Origin: Phyllobates terribilis
Taxonomy: Eukaryota
NCBI RefSeq assembly: GCF_046119375.1
Contig: NW_027362765.1
Coordinates: forward strand, 352,532,001 to 352,596,000
Reading direction: 5' to 3'
DNA: 64,000 bases
Numbering within the stretch: position 1 is the stretch's first letter; every line of letters starts with the position of its first letter. The position numbers and the translations under genes are program-made. Under the pieces are notes generated by a model. It did no database searches. It had not been told where the DNA came from and was given only the letters and a program-made list of their open reading frames with translations. This document shows positions 1 to 12,883 of this stretch, piece by piece.

Positions 1-2661
1 TGGAAGCTGAATTCGTCACTCCTTGAGGAAGAAGCTGTGAGACGGTCTTTTGAGGAATTCTTTCAGAGCCAGGTACCATTGCTGGGCCTAAGTAACACTA
101 AGTCAGAGTGGTGGGAGATGTTCAAACATCGGGTGGCGAGATTCTTCCGGCAGCTCTCGAACCTCAGAAGCCTGAACAGGGATCGCCTGTATCAGAGCCT
201 GAGGAGGAAACTCGAGCATCTTGTCTCGACTGGAGGTAGCCGCGAGGAGATCTCCAGAGTGAAGTCCTTGCTGAAGAGGTGTCAGTACGATAGGCACGCA
301 TCTTTGGTTTTCGAGAGGGACTACGGGAAGTACTGCTCGCCCGACCCTTACAGAAACTGTAAGATGTCAGTGAATAGTAAGATAGTGACGGGGCTGGTGG
401 ACAGTACGGGGTCCCTGAGAAGGTCCAGATCAGGGATCTTGGAGGTCGTCAGTTCCTACTACTCACACCTCTTGGGAAGGAGGGAGCTTGATCGTGACGG
501 GATGTCGGCTTTCCTGGCTGAATCCGTTCCTGAGCCAGGGGCTGACCTCTCGCTGGGCGATTTGGCAGAAGTGATCAAAGAAGAGGAAGTGAGACTGGCG
601 ATCGATGGGCTTAGGCCCAAAAAGTCGCCAGGTCCGGATGGCTTAACATCCGAGTTCTTTAGGACCTTTAGGGACTCTTTGGTCCCCCTCATGACTCAGG
701 TGTTTAACGAGTGTCTCTCCTCGGGCACTCTGCCGAGATCATTAAGGAGGTCAGCTTTGATCATTTTGTCAAAGGGTACGGATCCGTCACGCATTGAGAA
801 CTGGCGTCCCATAGCGCTTCTCAATGTGGACAGGAAGATTTTGGCTAAGATACTTTTCAACAGGCTGGTGAAGTTTGCACCCCGGCTCCTTTCGGAGGTT
901 CAGCACTGTTGCGTTCCTGGCCGTAGCACTTTTAGTGCTGTTCTAGGTGTCCGAGAGACCGTGGAGCAAGGCAGGGCGGGCCTCTGGAAGGGGTTCTTGC
1001 TGACCCTGGATCAGGCAAAAGCCTTTGATCGTGTTAACCACGAGTACCTCTGGTCCACTCTTTTGAGGTATGGTCTGCCTGGAGGGTTTGTGGACTGGCT
1101 TAAGACCTTGTATGCAGGGGCTGAGACTTTCCCTCTGGTGAATGGGTGGATTGGACGACCTTTCGGGGTAGGATCCGGTGTCCGTCAGGGCTGTCCTCTT
1201 AGCCCTTTGCTTTACGCGTTTGCGATCGATCCCTTCCTCAGAAGGATCGAATGTGGACCGTTGGCGGGAGTGCAGATGGGCGGGGCGGCGCCGGAGGCTA
1301 TCCTGAGGGTGGTGGCCTACGCGGACGATGTCACCGTCTTTGTTTCTTCGCAAGAGGAGGCAGTGGTGGTGATGTCAGAAGTGGAACGCTACTCGGAGGC
1401 ATCCGGGTCCAAGGTCAACCAGGATAAGGCTGAGAGTCTCTGGCTGGGAGGCGGAGATCCCGGGTTTGATCTTCCGGACACCCTCCCCGAACCCCAAGAA
1501 CATGCCAAAGTCCTGGGCATCGAATTCGGCCAGGGTGATTACCCCACGAAAAACTGGGAAGGCAGAATCAAAGGTGTCGCCCAAAGAGTGGACCAATGGA
1601 GGGGTTGGTCTTTGACCCTGAGGGAAAGGGTTGGCCTGTGCAAAGCTTTCCTGCTCCCCTTGCTAATCTACCTGGGCAGTGTCTGTGTCTTGCCAGAGCC
1701 TCTCTAGACACGGGTCTACAGTCTGTTCTTCCAGATGTTATGGGGGAACAGACTGAACCTAGTCAAGCGGGAGGTCACTTACCGCACGAGGAGACTAGGG
1801 GGTTTGAATATGGTGAACCCCGTGGTGTTCCTAGTGAACACCTTCTTGAAAGTGAACGTGGCAAACCTCTGGAAAGAGAGGGCTCCTCCGTGGGTATTCT
1901 CCTGCAAGGGATGGTTTCAGCCTTTCTTCCAGGAATGGGAGACAGGGGGAAGATTGAAGGATCTTCGCACACCACACGGGCATCTCCCGGCTTATGTTAC
2001 CCCGGTTCTGAAAATGATCCGCCGGTGGGGTCTGGGAATGTGGGAGGTGAGGTCCCTCCCGAGGAAACTCCTCGATATGAGGGTCTTGCTTTCTCATTTT
2101 CAGAGTCCATTGGCCCTCAAAGACTGCCCAAGTCGGGATCTGGAGGTTGGGTTGAGTTTGTTAAATTCTAGCAGGATCCCCGAGAAGTACTGGGACTTGA
2201 CTTGGCGCTGCTTCCATGGTAAGCTGTATGTGAGGGACAATTTGAAGTTCAGGAGCTCCGAGGACAGGAATTGCCCCCGTGAGGCTTGTGCTAACGTGCT
2301 GGAAAGCATGGAGCACTTCCTGCTTCATTGTCCCTTTAATACAGAGGTGTACAACAGGGTGGGGGCTTCCATTGGTTGGCCGCGGCTGGCTACTCTGTCC
2401 TACGCCGGGTGGGCCTATGGAGCGTTCGGAGACCTTGGGAGAAGGGACCGAGACACTTTATTCATAGTCAGCGCAGTGGTCAGGTATTTCACGTGGAACG
2501 CACGAGTTTTAGTCTCGACGCAGAGTAAAATCCTCCATGTAGATGAAGTCTGTATGAACATCCTAGGTGACCTGGTGAAGGTACGTTCTCTGGAGTATGA
2601 AGGACTGGGTGCCCGGAGGGCGGCCCGTCTCTGGAGGGGCTTTTCCTTCAGGGTGCCTTAG
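1..2661 (+). pseudogene. ORF2 of copy A (RT plus C-terminal CCHC), interrupted by a nonsense codon
   Basis: RT motifs QAKAFDRV, VRQGCPLSPLLY and YADD; TAG at 1705-1707 where the other copies have TGG; the same frame continues as ORF 1735-2661 with CPREAC...EHFLLHC. Confidence 0.93.
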
Positions 2662-3481
2662 TCCGGTAGTACTCCTATATCCTGGTGGTGGGCTGATGTC
2701 TTTCCACCCTAGATTTTTGTTTTGTATTTCTGTCTCCTGAATAGAAGGTTTGCCGGCATCGAACTTGAGCCTTGGATGGTGAGTGTGTAGGTTGTGTTCT
2801 GTATATATTGTATATAATGTATAATAGGGGGTTTTAGTTAGGTTGGGTGGGGGTTTTGGGGGGGTTTTCATCGGCGGTGATAAGAGGACTGATCTGGCCT
2901 GGTCCAGGCCCCGCCTGGGGAAAAACTTTGGGGCCTGATCCTAGCTCGGAGTAATCCTGAACTTTGTGGCCAGAGCTGGATCAGGGGTGGCGGGATAGTT
3001 AGTGTAGGGCTGTGTTTTATATATATATATTAAAAAATTACAAAATATACAAAAAAAAAAAAAAAAAAAAGTTTAAAATTGTTCATGTCACTATTGTATA
3101 TATTGTTATTTTTGGTTTTCTGTGGTGTGAATGAGGTGCGGTAAGGAGGTGACTAAGGTCAGGCAGTGGGACCAGTAGGTTAGTGTTAGTGTCCGGTTGT
3201 ATATACGTTATATTAGGTTTAGTGTTTTATTGTATATAATCTTGTATATAGGACGGTGTTTTATGTGTATATAGGACGGTGTGAGTGTTGTGTGGGATTG
3301 TATATAGTAGTATGAATGAAGCTGGGCCGGGGGTCTTATAGGTTTTATAATAGTTATTTCCTGTATATATATATATATTCCTGCGGTGATTTATTTTGTT
3401 TCTATTTTCTGTGATTTGTCGTCTTGTTTTGTTCTTATGTTCGGTGTCCTGTAATGTATTATTGTTCTGTCATGTACTGTA
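1..3481 (+). mobile_element. Tx1-like (L1 clade) non-LTR retrotransposon, copy A; 5' part lies outside the window
   Basis: Near-identical to copies B, C and D from within ORF2 through the ~820-bp 3' UTR; the 3' end merges into the 32-bp minisatellite at ...CATGTACTGTA|TATATACAGG. Confidence 0.95.
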
Positions 3482-6400
3482 TATATACAGGAGGAGTGGT
3501 ACTGTGCAGTGTATATATACAGGAGGAGTGGTACTGTGCAGTGTATATACAGGAGGAGTGGTACTGTGCAGTGTATATATACAGGAGGAGTGGTACTGTG
3601 CAGTGTATATACAGGAGGAGTGGTACTGTGCAGTGTATATACAGGACAGGAGGAGTGGTACTGTGCAGTGTATATATACAGGAGGAGTTGTACTGTGCAG
3701 TGTATATACAGGAGGAGTGGTACTGTGCAGTGTATATACAGGACAGGAGGAGTGGTACTGTGCAGTGTATATATACAGGAGGAGTGGTACTGTGCGGTGT
3801 ATATATACAGGAGGAGTGGTACTGTGCGGTGTATATATACAGGAGGAGTGGTACTGTGCGGTGTATATATACAGGAGGAGTGGTACTGTGCGGTGTATAT
3901 ACAGGACAGGAGGAGTGGTACTGTGCAGTGTATATATACAGGAGGAGTGGTACTGTGCAGTGTATATATACAGGACAGGAGGAGTGGTACTGTGCAGTGT
4001 ATATATACAGGAGGAGTGGTACTGTGCAGTGTATATATACAGGACAGGAGGAGCTGTACTGTGCAGTGTATATATACAGGACAGGTGGAGTGGTACTGTG
4101 CACTGTATATATACAGGAGGAGTGGTACTGTGCAGTGTATATATACAGGACAGGAGGAGTGGTACTGTGCAGTGTATATATACAGGATAGGAGAAGTGGT
4201 ACTGTGCAGTGTATATATACAGGACAGGAGAAGTGGTACTGTGCAGTGTATATATACAGGAGGAGTGGTACTCTGCAGTGTATATATACAGGACAGGAGG
4301 AGTGGTACTGTGCAGTGTATATATACAGGACAGGAGGAGTGGTACCGTGCAGTGTATATATACAGGACAGGAGGAGTGGTGCTGTGCACTGTATATATAC
4401 AGGAGGAGTGGTACTGTGCAGTGTATATATACAGGACAGGAGGAGTGATACTGTGCAGTGTGTATATACAGGACAGGAGGAGTGGTACTGTGCAGTGTAT
4501 ATATACAGGAGGAGTGGTACTGTGCAGTGTATATACAGGACAGGAGGAGTGGTACTGTGCAGGGTATATATACAGGAGGAGTGGTACTGTGCAGTGTATA
4601 TATACAGGACAGGAGGAGTGGTACTGTGCAGTGTATATATACAGAAGAAGTGGTACTGTGCAGTGTATATATATATATAGGACAGGAGGAGTGATACTGT
4701 GCAGTGTATATATACAGGACAGGAGAAGTGGTACTGTGCAGTGTATATACAGGAGGAGCTGTACTGTGCAGTGTATATACAGGAGGAGTGGTACTGTGCA
4801 GTGTATATACAGGACAGGAGGAGTGGTACTGTGCAGTGTATATATACAGGAGGAGTTGTACTGTGCAGTGTATATACAGGAGGAGTGGTACTGTGCAGTG
4901 TATATACAGGACAGGAGGAGTGGTACTGTGCAGTGTATATATACAGGAGGAGTGGTACTGTGCGGTGTATATATACAGGAGGAGTGGTACTGTGCGGTGT
5001 ATATATACAGGAGGAGTGGTACTGTGCGGTGTATATATACAGGAGGAGTGGTACTGTGCGGTGTATATACAGGACAGGAGGAGTGGTACTGTGCAGTGTA
5101 TATATACAGGAGGAGTGGTACTGTGCAGTGTATATATACAGGACAGGAGGAGTGGTACTGTGCAGTGTATATATACAGGAGGAGTGGTACTGTGCAGTGT
5201 ATATATACAGGACAGGAGGAGCTGTACTGTGCAGTGTATATATACAGGACAGGTGGAGTGGTACTGTGCACTGTATATATACAGGAGGAGTGGTACTGTG
5301 CAGTGTATATATACAGGACAGGAGGAGTGGTGCTGTGCACTGTATATATACAGGAGGAGTGGTACTGTGCAGTGTATATATACAGGACAGGAGGAGTGAT
5401 ACTGTGCAGTGTGTATATACAGGACAGGAGGAGTGGTACTGTGCAGTGTATATATACAGGAGGAGTGGTACTGTGCAGTGTATATACAGGACAGGAGGAG
5501 TGGTACTGTGCAGGGTATATATACAGGAGGAGTGGTACTGTGCAGTGTATATATACAGGACAGGAGGAGTGGTACTGTGCAGTGTATATATACAGAAGAA
5601 GTGGTACTGTGCAGTGTATATATATATAGGACAGGAGGAGTGATACTGTGCAGTGTATATATACAGGACAGGAGAAGTGGTACTGTGCAGTGTATATATA
5701 CAGGAGGAGTGGTACTGTGCAGTGTATATATACAGGAGGAGTGGTACTGTGCAGTGTATATATACAGGACAGGAGGAGCTGTACTGTGCAGTGTATATAT
5801 ACAGGACAGGAGGAGTGGTACTGTGCAGTGTATATATACAGGACAGGAGGAGCTGTACTGTGCAGTGTATATATACAGGACAGGAGGAGTGGTACTGTGC
5901 ACTGTATATATACAGGAGGAGTGGTACTGTGCAGTGTATATATACAGGACAGGAGGAGTGGTGCTGTGCACTGTATATATACAGGAGGAGTGGTACTGTG
6001 CAGTGTATATATACAGGACAGGAGGAGTGATACTGTGCAGTGTGTATATACAGGACAGGAGGAGTGGTACTGTGCAGTGTATATATACAGGACAGGAGGA
6101 GTGATACTGTACAGTGTGTATATACAGGACAGGAGGAGTGGTACTGTGCAGTGTGTATATACAGGACAGGAGGAGTGGTACTGTGCAGTGTATATATACA
6201 GGACAGGAGGAGTGGTACTGTGCAGTGTGTATATACAGGAGAAGTGGTACTGTGCAGTGTATATACAGGACAGGAGGAGTGGTACTGTGCAGTGTATATA
6301 TACAGGAGGAGTGGTACTGTGCAGTGTATATACAGGACAGGAGGAGTGGTACCGTGCAGTGTATATATACAGGACAGGAGGAGTGGTACTGTGCAGTGTA

Positions 6401-6537
6401 TATATACAGGACAGGAGGAGTGGTACTGTGCAGTGTATATATACAGGACAGGAGGAGTGATACTGTGCAGTGTATATATACAGGAGAAGTGGTACTGTGC
6501 AGTGTATATACAGGACAGGAGGAGTGGTACTGTGCGG
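3482..6537 (+). repeat. Minisatellite A (target repeat): 32-bp unit CAGGAGGAGTGGTACTGTGCAGTGTATATATA with 30/35/37-bp variants
   Basis: Direct tandem periodicity (e.g. 3488 to 3520); variants add CAGGA or lose TA. Confidence 0.97.
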
Positions 6538-6728
6538 TGAGTTGATGTTATGGATTTATTCCCGGTGAAGTGTTTTTCTCAGGTTTATGGATTATTATAT
6601 TCAGTAATTAGTCTGTGCAGTAAACATATAAGTCAGAGTTCGGCTCCTATTCTGGTAATTACATGCCGGTGATCGATCAGTCGTTATACACAATCAATCA
6701 TGAATCATATTTGCATCATCACATGTCT

Positions 6729-8035
6729 GGAGCGCAGCTCTGGAGTCACGTGATACGGTGGAGCGCAGCTCTGGAGTCACGTGATACGGTGGAGCGCAGC
6801 TCTGGAGTCACCTGATACTGTGGAGTGCAGCTCTGGAGTCACCTGATACGGTGGAGCGCAGCTCTGGAGGCACCTGATACTGTGGAGCGCAGCTCTGGAG
6901 TCACCTGATACTGTGGAGCGCAGCTCTGGAGTCACCTGATACTGTGGAGTGCAGCTCTGGATTCACCTGATACGGTGGAGCGCCGCTCTGGATTCACCTG
7001 ATACGGTGGAGCGCAGCTCTGGAGTCACGTGATACGGTGGAGCGCAGCTCTGGAGTCACATGATACTGTGGAGCGCAGCTCTGGAGTCACCTGATACTGT
7101 GGAGCGCAGCTCTGGAGTCACCTGATACTGTGGAGCGCAGCTCTGGATTCACCAGATACGGTGGAGCGCAGCTCTGGAGCCACCTGATACTGTGGAGTGC
7201 AGCTCTGGAGCCACCTGATACGGTGGAGCGCAGCTCTGGAGCCACCTGATACGGTGGAGCGCAGCTCTGGAGCCACCTGATACTGTGGAGCGCAGCTCTG
7301 GAGCCACCTGATACTGTGGAGCGCAGCTCTGGAGCCACCTGATACTGTGGAGTGCAGCTCTGGATTCACCTGATACGGTGGAGCGCAGCTCTGGAGTCAC
7401 GTGATACGGTGGAGCGCAGCTCTGGAGTCACGTGATACGGTGGAGCGCAGCTCTGGAGTCACGTGATACGGTGGAGCGCAGCTCTGGATTCACCTGATAC
7501 GGTGGAGCGCAGCTCTGGATTCACCTGATACGGTGGAGCGCAGCTCTGGAGCCACCTGATACTGTGGAGTGCAGCTCTGGATTCACCTGATACGGTGGAG
7601 CGCAGCTCTGGAGGCACGTGATACTGTGGAGCGCAGCTCTGGAGTCACCTGATACTGTGGAGCGCAGCTCTGGAGTCACCTGATACTGTGGAGCGCAGCT
7701 CTGGATTCACCTGATACGGTGGAGCGCAGCTCTGGAGCCACCTGATACTGTGGAGCGCAGCTCTGGAGTCACGTGATACGGTGGAGCGCAGCTCTGGAGT
7801 CACGTGATACGGTGGAGCGCAGCTCTGGAGTCACGTGATACGGTGGAGCGCAGCTCTGGAGTCACGTGATACGGTGGAGCGCAGCTCTGGAGTCACGTGA
7901 TACGGTGGAGCGCAGCTCTGGAGTCACGTGATACGGTGGAGCGCAGCTCTGGAGTCACGTGATACGGTGGAGCGCAGCTCTAGAGGCACGTGATACTGTG
8001 GAGCGCAGCTCTGGAGTCACGTGATACGGTGGAGC
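6729..8035 (+). repeat. Minisatellite B, 31-bp unit GGAGCGCAGCTCTGGAGTCAC(G/C)TGATAC(GG/TG)T
   Basis: About 42 tandem units; the spurious ORFs are offset by 31 bp (7087/7118/7149). Confidence 0.97.
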
Positions 8036-8179
8036 TGCGCCAAAGACACGATCAGGCTGAATCCTGATGATTCCAGAGATAATCTAATGACATTGTGATT
8101 CTAATTAAACTATTAAGATCTCCGCTTGCTTCCATGATCGGGAGACCTCGTCCTGCTCACACTGACACTGTGTTTGTCA

Positions 8180-9103
8180 GGCCACAGCCCCACTATCAGC
8201 ATAAGACCACGGCCCCACTATCAGTATAAGACCACGTCCCCACTATCAGTATAAGACCACGGCCCCACTATCAGTATAAGACCACGGCCCCACTATCAGT
8301 ATAAGACCACGGCCCCACTATCAGTATAAGACCACGGCCCCACTATCAGTATAAGACCACGGCCCCACTATCAGTATAAGACCACGGCCCCACTATCAGT
8401 ATAAGACCACGGCCCCACTATCAGTATAAGACCACGGCCCCACTATCAGTATAAGACCACAGCCCCACTATCAGTATAAGACCACGGCCCCACTATCAGT
8501 ATAAGGCCACGGCCCCACTATCAGTATAAGGCCACGGCCCCACTATCAGTATAAGACCACGGCCCCACTATCAGTATAAGACCACGGCCCCACTATCAGT
8601 ATAAGGCCACGGCCCCACTATCAGTATAAGACCACGGCCCCACTATCAGTATAAGACCACGGCCCCACTATCAGTATAAGACCACGGCCCCACTATCAGT
8701 ATAAGACCACGGCCCCACTATCAGTATAAGGCCACGGCCCCACTATCAGTATAAGGCCACGGCCCCACTATCAGTATAAGACCACAGCCCCACTATCAGT
8801 ATAAGACCACGGCCCCACTATCAGTATAAGACCACGGCCCCACTATCAGTATAAGGCCACGGCCCCACTATCAGTATAAGACCACGGCCCCCACTATCAG
8901 TATAAGACCACAGCCCCACTATCAGTATAAGACCACGGCCCCACTATCAGTATAAGACCACGGCCCCACTATCAGTATAAGGCCACGGCCCCACTATCAG
9001 TATAAGGCCACGGCCCCACTATCAGTATAAGACCACAGCCCCACTATCAGTATAAGACCACGGCCCCACTATCAGTATAAGACCACGGCCCCACTATCAG
9101 TAT
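8180..9103 (+). repeat. Minisatellite C, 25-bp unit ACCACGGCCCCACTATCAGTATAAG
   Basis: About 37 nearly perfect tandem units. Confidence 0.97.
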
Positions 9104-9283
9104 TCGGTCAGTATTTGGTCAGTATTCGGTCAGTATTTTTTCTCAGGAGCCAAAACCAGGAGAGGAACAATCAGAGAAAAGGTAGAATAGAAACAAGTCA
9201 CCAATTCTGCATTTATCACCCACTGCTGAGAACAAATACTGACCGAATACTGACCAGATACTGATAGTGGGGCCGTGGCCTTA
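9078..9283. mobile_element. MITE-like non-autonomous DNA transposon (~206 bp) with long terminal inverted repeats
   Basis: Left arm TAAGACCACGGCCCCACTATCAGTATTCGGTCAGTATT... is the reverse complement of right arm ...AATACTGACCGAATACTGACCAGATACTGATAGTGGGGCCGTGGCCTTA; no coding capacity. Confidence 0.75.
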
Positions 9284-9589
9284 CAATGTTATCGGTCTGG
9301 TGTCATTAACCCCTCTTATACCGCAGCGATGTATTCTGGCTCTAAAAGTGCAGAATGTCAAGGACTGATAAACTGTAACAAACCCTCATGTGTGAGAAGC
9401 GCGAGGTCAAAGCACCTGATAAAGAGCTCAACATCTAAGGGGGTCAGTCCACAAGGGGCAGAAAGTGATGGTGTGATAGAGCAAGGAAAGTCCAGCTCCA
9501 GCCTGGAATAATGTGACATCACTGTGTGTATTATCCCTGTACTGTGACATCACAGACGGGGCGTGAGGTACAGGGGGCACGGGGTACAA

Positions 9590-10130
9590 GGGGGACAGGG
9601 GGGTACAGGAGGATGCGGGGTACAAGGGGACGCGGGGTACAGGCTGGACGCAGCACAGGGTACAGGCTGGGCGAGGCGCGGGAACAGGGTGAGCGAGGCG
9701 CGGGTACTGGCGGGGCGCGGGGTACAGGCGAGGAGTGGGGTACAGGCTGAGCGAGGCGCGGGGTACTGGCGGGGTACAGGCTGGGCGCGGGGTACAGGCG
9801 GGGCGCGGGGTACAGGCGGGGTCAGGGATACAGGCGGGGCACAGGCTGGGTGCGGGGTACAGGGTACAGGCTGGGCGCGGGGTACAGGCGGGGCGCAGGC
9901 GGGGTGCGGGGTACTGGCTGGGCGCGGGGTACTGGCTGGGTCAGGGATACTGGCGGGGCACAGGCTGGGCGCGGGGTACTGGCGGGGTCAGGGATACTGG
10001 CGGGGCACAGGCTGGGTGCGGGGTACAGGGTACAGGCTGGGCGCAGGGTACAGGCGGGGCGCGGGGTACAGGAGGGGCGCGGGGTACAGGCTGGGCGCGG
10101 GGTACAGGCGCGGTGCGAGGTACAGGTGCT
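9590..10130 (+). repeat. Degenerate G-rich repeat built from GCGGGGTACAGGC(TG/GG)GG modules
   Basis: Repeated GGGGTAC/GGCGCGGGG modules of irregular length. Confidence 0.85.
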
Positions 10131-10456
10131 CAGGCAGCCCCAGTTTCCAGCCTTGTAGCTGAGCCCGCTCCGCTCTCTGGTTATAACACAATGTGCGGCA
10201 ATCTTCAGCTCTTGTCCTCCATTATTTCGGCTCGATAGTCAGCAGCGCGGCCATTAGCCACAAATGAGGCATCACCGGGAGCCGATCCTCCGGCAAATGA
10301 AGAGGAAGCATCGGAGTGCAGCTCTGAAGGCTCCCCGAGAGTAAATGCTACTAATTAAGAGGCCGGTGTTAGACGCCATGTCATCAGTAACATACCGGGG
10401 CTCCGAATCCTCGGCCTCACCGGCCTCCTACTGATACTGAGTGACATTGTGCCTTA

Positions 10457-10783
10457 TACTCCAGTCACATCCAGAGCTGCATCCTCAATTGGTTCAGATA
10501 GCAGAACATGGATGAGGCCACAACATCAGCCAACAGGTTGGGGAGTCAGACACTGACGCTCACGGGGGTGTCCGTCTACACCGGTGACCCCCAACCTGTG
10601 GCCCTCCAGCTACTGCAAAACTACAACTCTCATCATGGCCTGACCGCTCCCAGCTATCATGGCATGATGGAAGCTGCATTTCTGCAACAGTTGGAAAGCG
10701 AGAGGTTGAGAAACACTGGTCCACCCAGTATGTGCACAGAATGTGGAAGAGTTATGAATGCAGCTCTGGATGTGACTAGAGTA
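10457..10783. mobile_element. Possible MITE-like element bounded by 26-bp inverted repeats
   Basis: TACTCCAGTCACATCCAGAGCTGCAT (10457-10482) versus ATGCAGCTCTGGATGTGACTAGAGTA (10758-10783): 25 of 26 bases complementary. Confidence 0.5.
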
Positions 10784-11197
10784 ATCCAAGATAATTGAAG
10801 CAAACGATTCCCAGTTATTTAATATGATAAAGAGATTTCTCCTGTAAGTGTCACCGGTGTGAGGCACGGAGGAGCGCGGCGTCTCGTGACAGAATTATTC
10901 AGTACTGTCCCTTTAAGAAGTGAAGTTGCAGGTAATCTGGGTCTTACCTCCGCCGGTCCGCGCACGAATTCAGTCGTCTGCTCGGCTCCTCCCACTTCTA
11001 GTGTCACATCCACCGAGGCAAACGGTCGGCTCGCCATCTGCTGCCGCTCGCGCATAAGTTGCTGCGGAAAAGAAAGTTCATTTGTTACATTGTTCCAAAA
11101 GCAGAAAGGAGACGTCAGGAGGATGGGGGCAAGGCGGACCCCAGATATCGCTAGGAAGGCTGGGGGTCAGCAATATGGCTGCCGAACAGTAGGTCAG

Positions 11198-12765
11198 TGA
11201 GTCATCAGCGTACGGTCCGTGAATCATCAGCGAACGGTCTTGGTGTCATCAGTGTACGGTCCGGGTGTCATCAGTGTACGGTCCCGGTGTCATCAGTGTA
11301 CGGTCCGGGTGTCATCAGTGTACGGTCTGGGTGTCATCAGTGTACGGTCCGGGTGTCATCAGTGTACGGTCCAGGAGTCATCAGGGTACGGTCCGGGTGT
11401 CATTAGTGTGTGGTCCGGGTGTCATCAGTGTACGGTCCGGGTGTCATCAGTGTACGGTCCGGGTGTCATCAGTGTACGGTCCAGGAGTCATCAGGGTACG
11501 GTCCGGGTGTCATCAGGGTACGGTCCAGGAGTCATCAGGGTACGGTCCGGGTGTCATTAGTGTGTGGTCCGGGTGTCATCAGTGTACGGTCCGGGTGTCA
11601 TCAGTGTACGGTCCGGGTGTCATCAGTGTACGGTCCGGGTGTCATCAGTGTACGGTCCGGGTGTCATCAGTGTACGGTCCGGGTGTCATCAGTGTACGGT
11701 CCGGGTGTCATCAGTGTACGGTCCGGGTGTCATCAGTGTAAGGTCCGGGTGTCATCAGTGTACGGTCCGGGTGTCATCAGCGTACGGCCCGGGTGTCATC
11801 AGCGTACGGTCCGGGTGTCATCAGCGTACGGTCCGGGTGTCATCAGCGTACGGTCCGGGTGTCATCAGCGTACGGTCCGGGTGTCATCAGCGTACGGTCC
11901 GGGTGTCATCAGCGTACGGCCCGGGTGTCATCAGCGTACGGCCCGGGTGTCATCAGCGTACGGCCCGGGTGTCATCAGTGTACGGCCCGGGTGTCATCAG
12001 CGTACGGCCCGGGTGTCATCAGCGTACGGTCCGGGTGTCATCAGCGTACGGTCCGGGTGTCATCAGTGTACGGTCCGGGAGTCATTAGGGTACGGTCCGG
12101 GTGTCATCAGGGTACGGTCCGGGTGTCATCAGTGTACGGTCCGGGTGTCATCAGTGTACGGTCCAGGAGTCATCAGGGTACGGTCCGGGTGTCATCAGGG
12201 TACGGTCCGGGTGTCATCAGTGTACGGTCCGGGTGTCATCAGTGTACGGTCCGGGTGTCATCAGTGTACGGTCCGGGTGTCATCAGGGTACGGTCCGGGT
12301 GTCATCAGGGTACGGTCCGGGTGTCATCAGTGTGTGGTCCGGGTGTCATCAGTGTACGGTCCGGGTGTCATCAGTGTACGGTCCGGGTGTCATCAGTGTA
12401 AGGTCCGGGTGTCATCAGGGTACGGTCCGGGTGTCATCAGTGTACGGTCCGGGTGTCATCAGTGTACGGTCCGGGTGTCAACAGTGTACGGTCCGGGTGT
12501 CATCAGTGTACGGTCCGGGTGTCAACAGTGTACGGTCCGGGTGTCATCAGTGTACGGTCCGGGTGTCAACAGTGTACGGTCCGGGTGTCAACAGTGTACG
12601 GTCCGGGTGTCATCAGTGTATGGTCCGGGTGTCATCAGTGTACGGTCCGGGTGTCAACAGTGTACGGTCCGGGTGTCATCAGTGTACGGTCCGGGTGTCA
12701 ACAGTGTACGGTCCGGGTGTCATCAGTGTACGGTCCAGGTGTCATCAGTGTACGGTCCGGGTGTC
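11198..12765 (+). repeat. Minisatellite D, 22-bp unit GTCATCAGTGTACGGTCCGGGT
   Basis: About 70 tandem units, period 22 (11581 to 11603). Confidence 0.97.
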
Positions 12766-12883
12766 CATTTTTACCATCAGTCATCAGTGTTTTTCACGGA
12801 TGGATAAAGAAAGAAATAAATGACAGAGCTGCTCCTGCCCTTTACACTGTTAAACAGGACGGCACACGGGGAATCAGTGTCAA

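Noticed and set aside
3391-6545. Long ORFs (up to about 1000 aa here and at 28075-31206 and 48388-50863) rich in YIYTAQYHSSC / GGVVLCSV
   Set aside because: They are translations of minisatellite A, which lacks stops in nearly all frames on both strands; there is no coding signal
6530-6545. Splice-donor-like CG|GTGAGT at the end of the first array
   Set aside because: There is no upstream exon or acceptor, and a single hexamer is expected by chance
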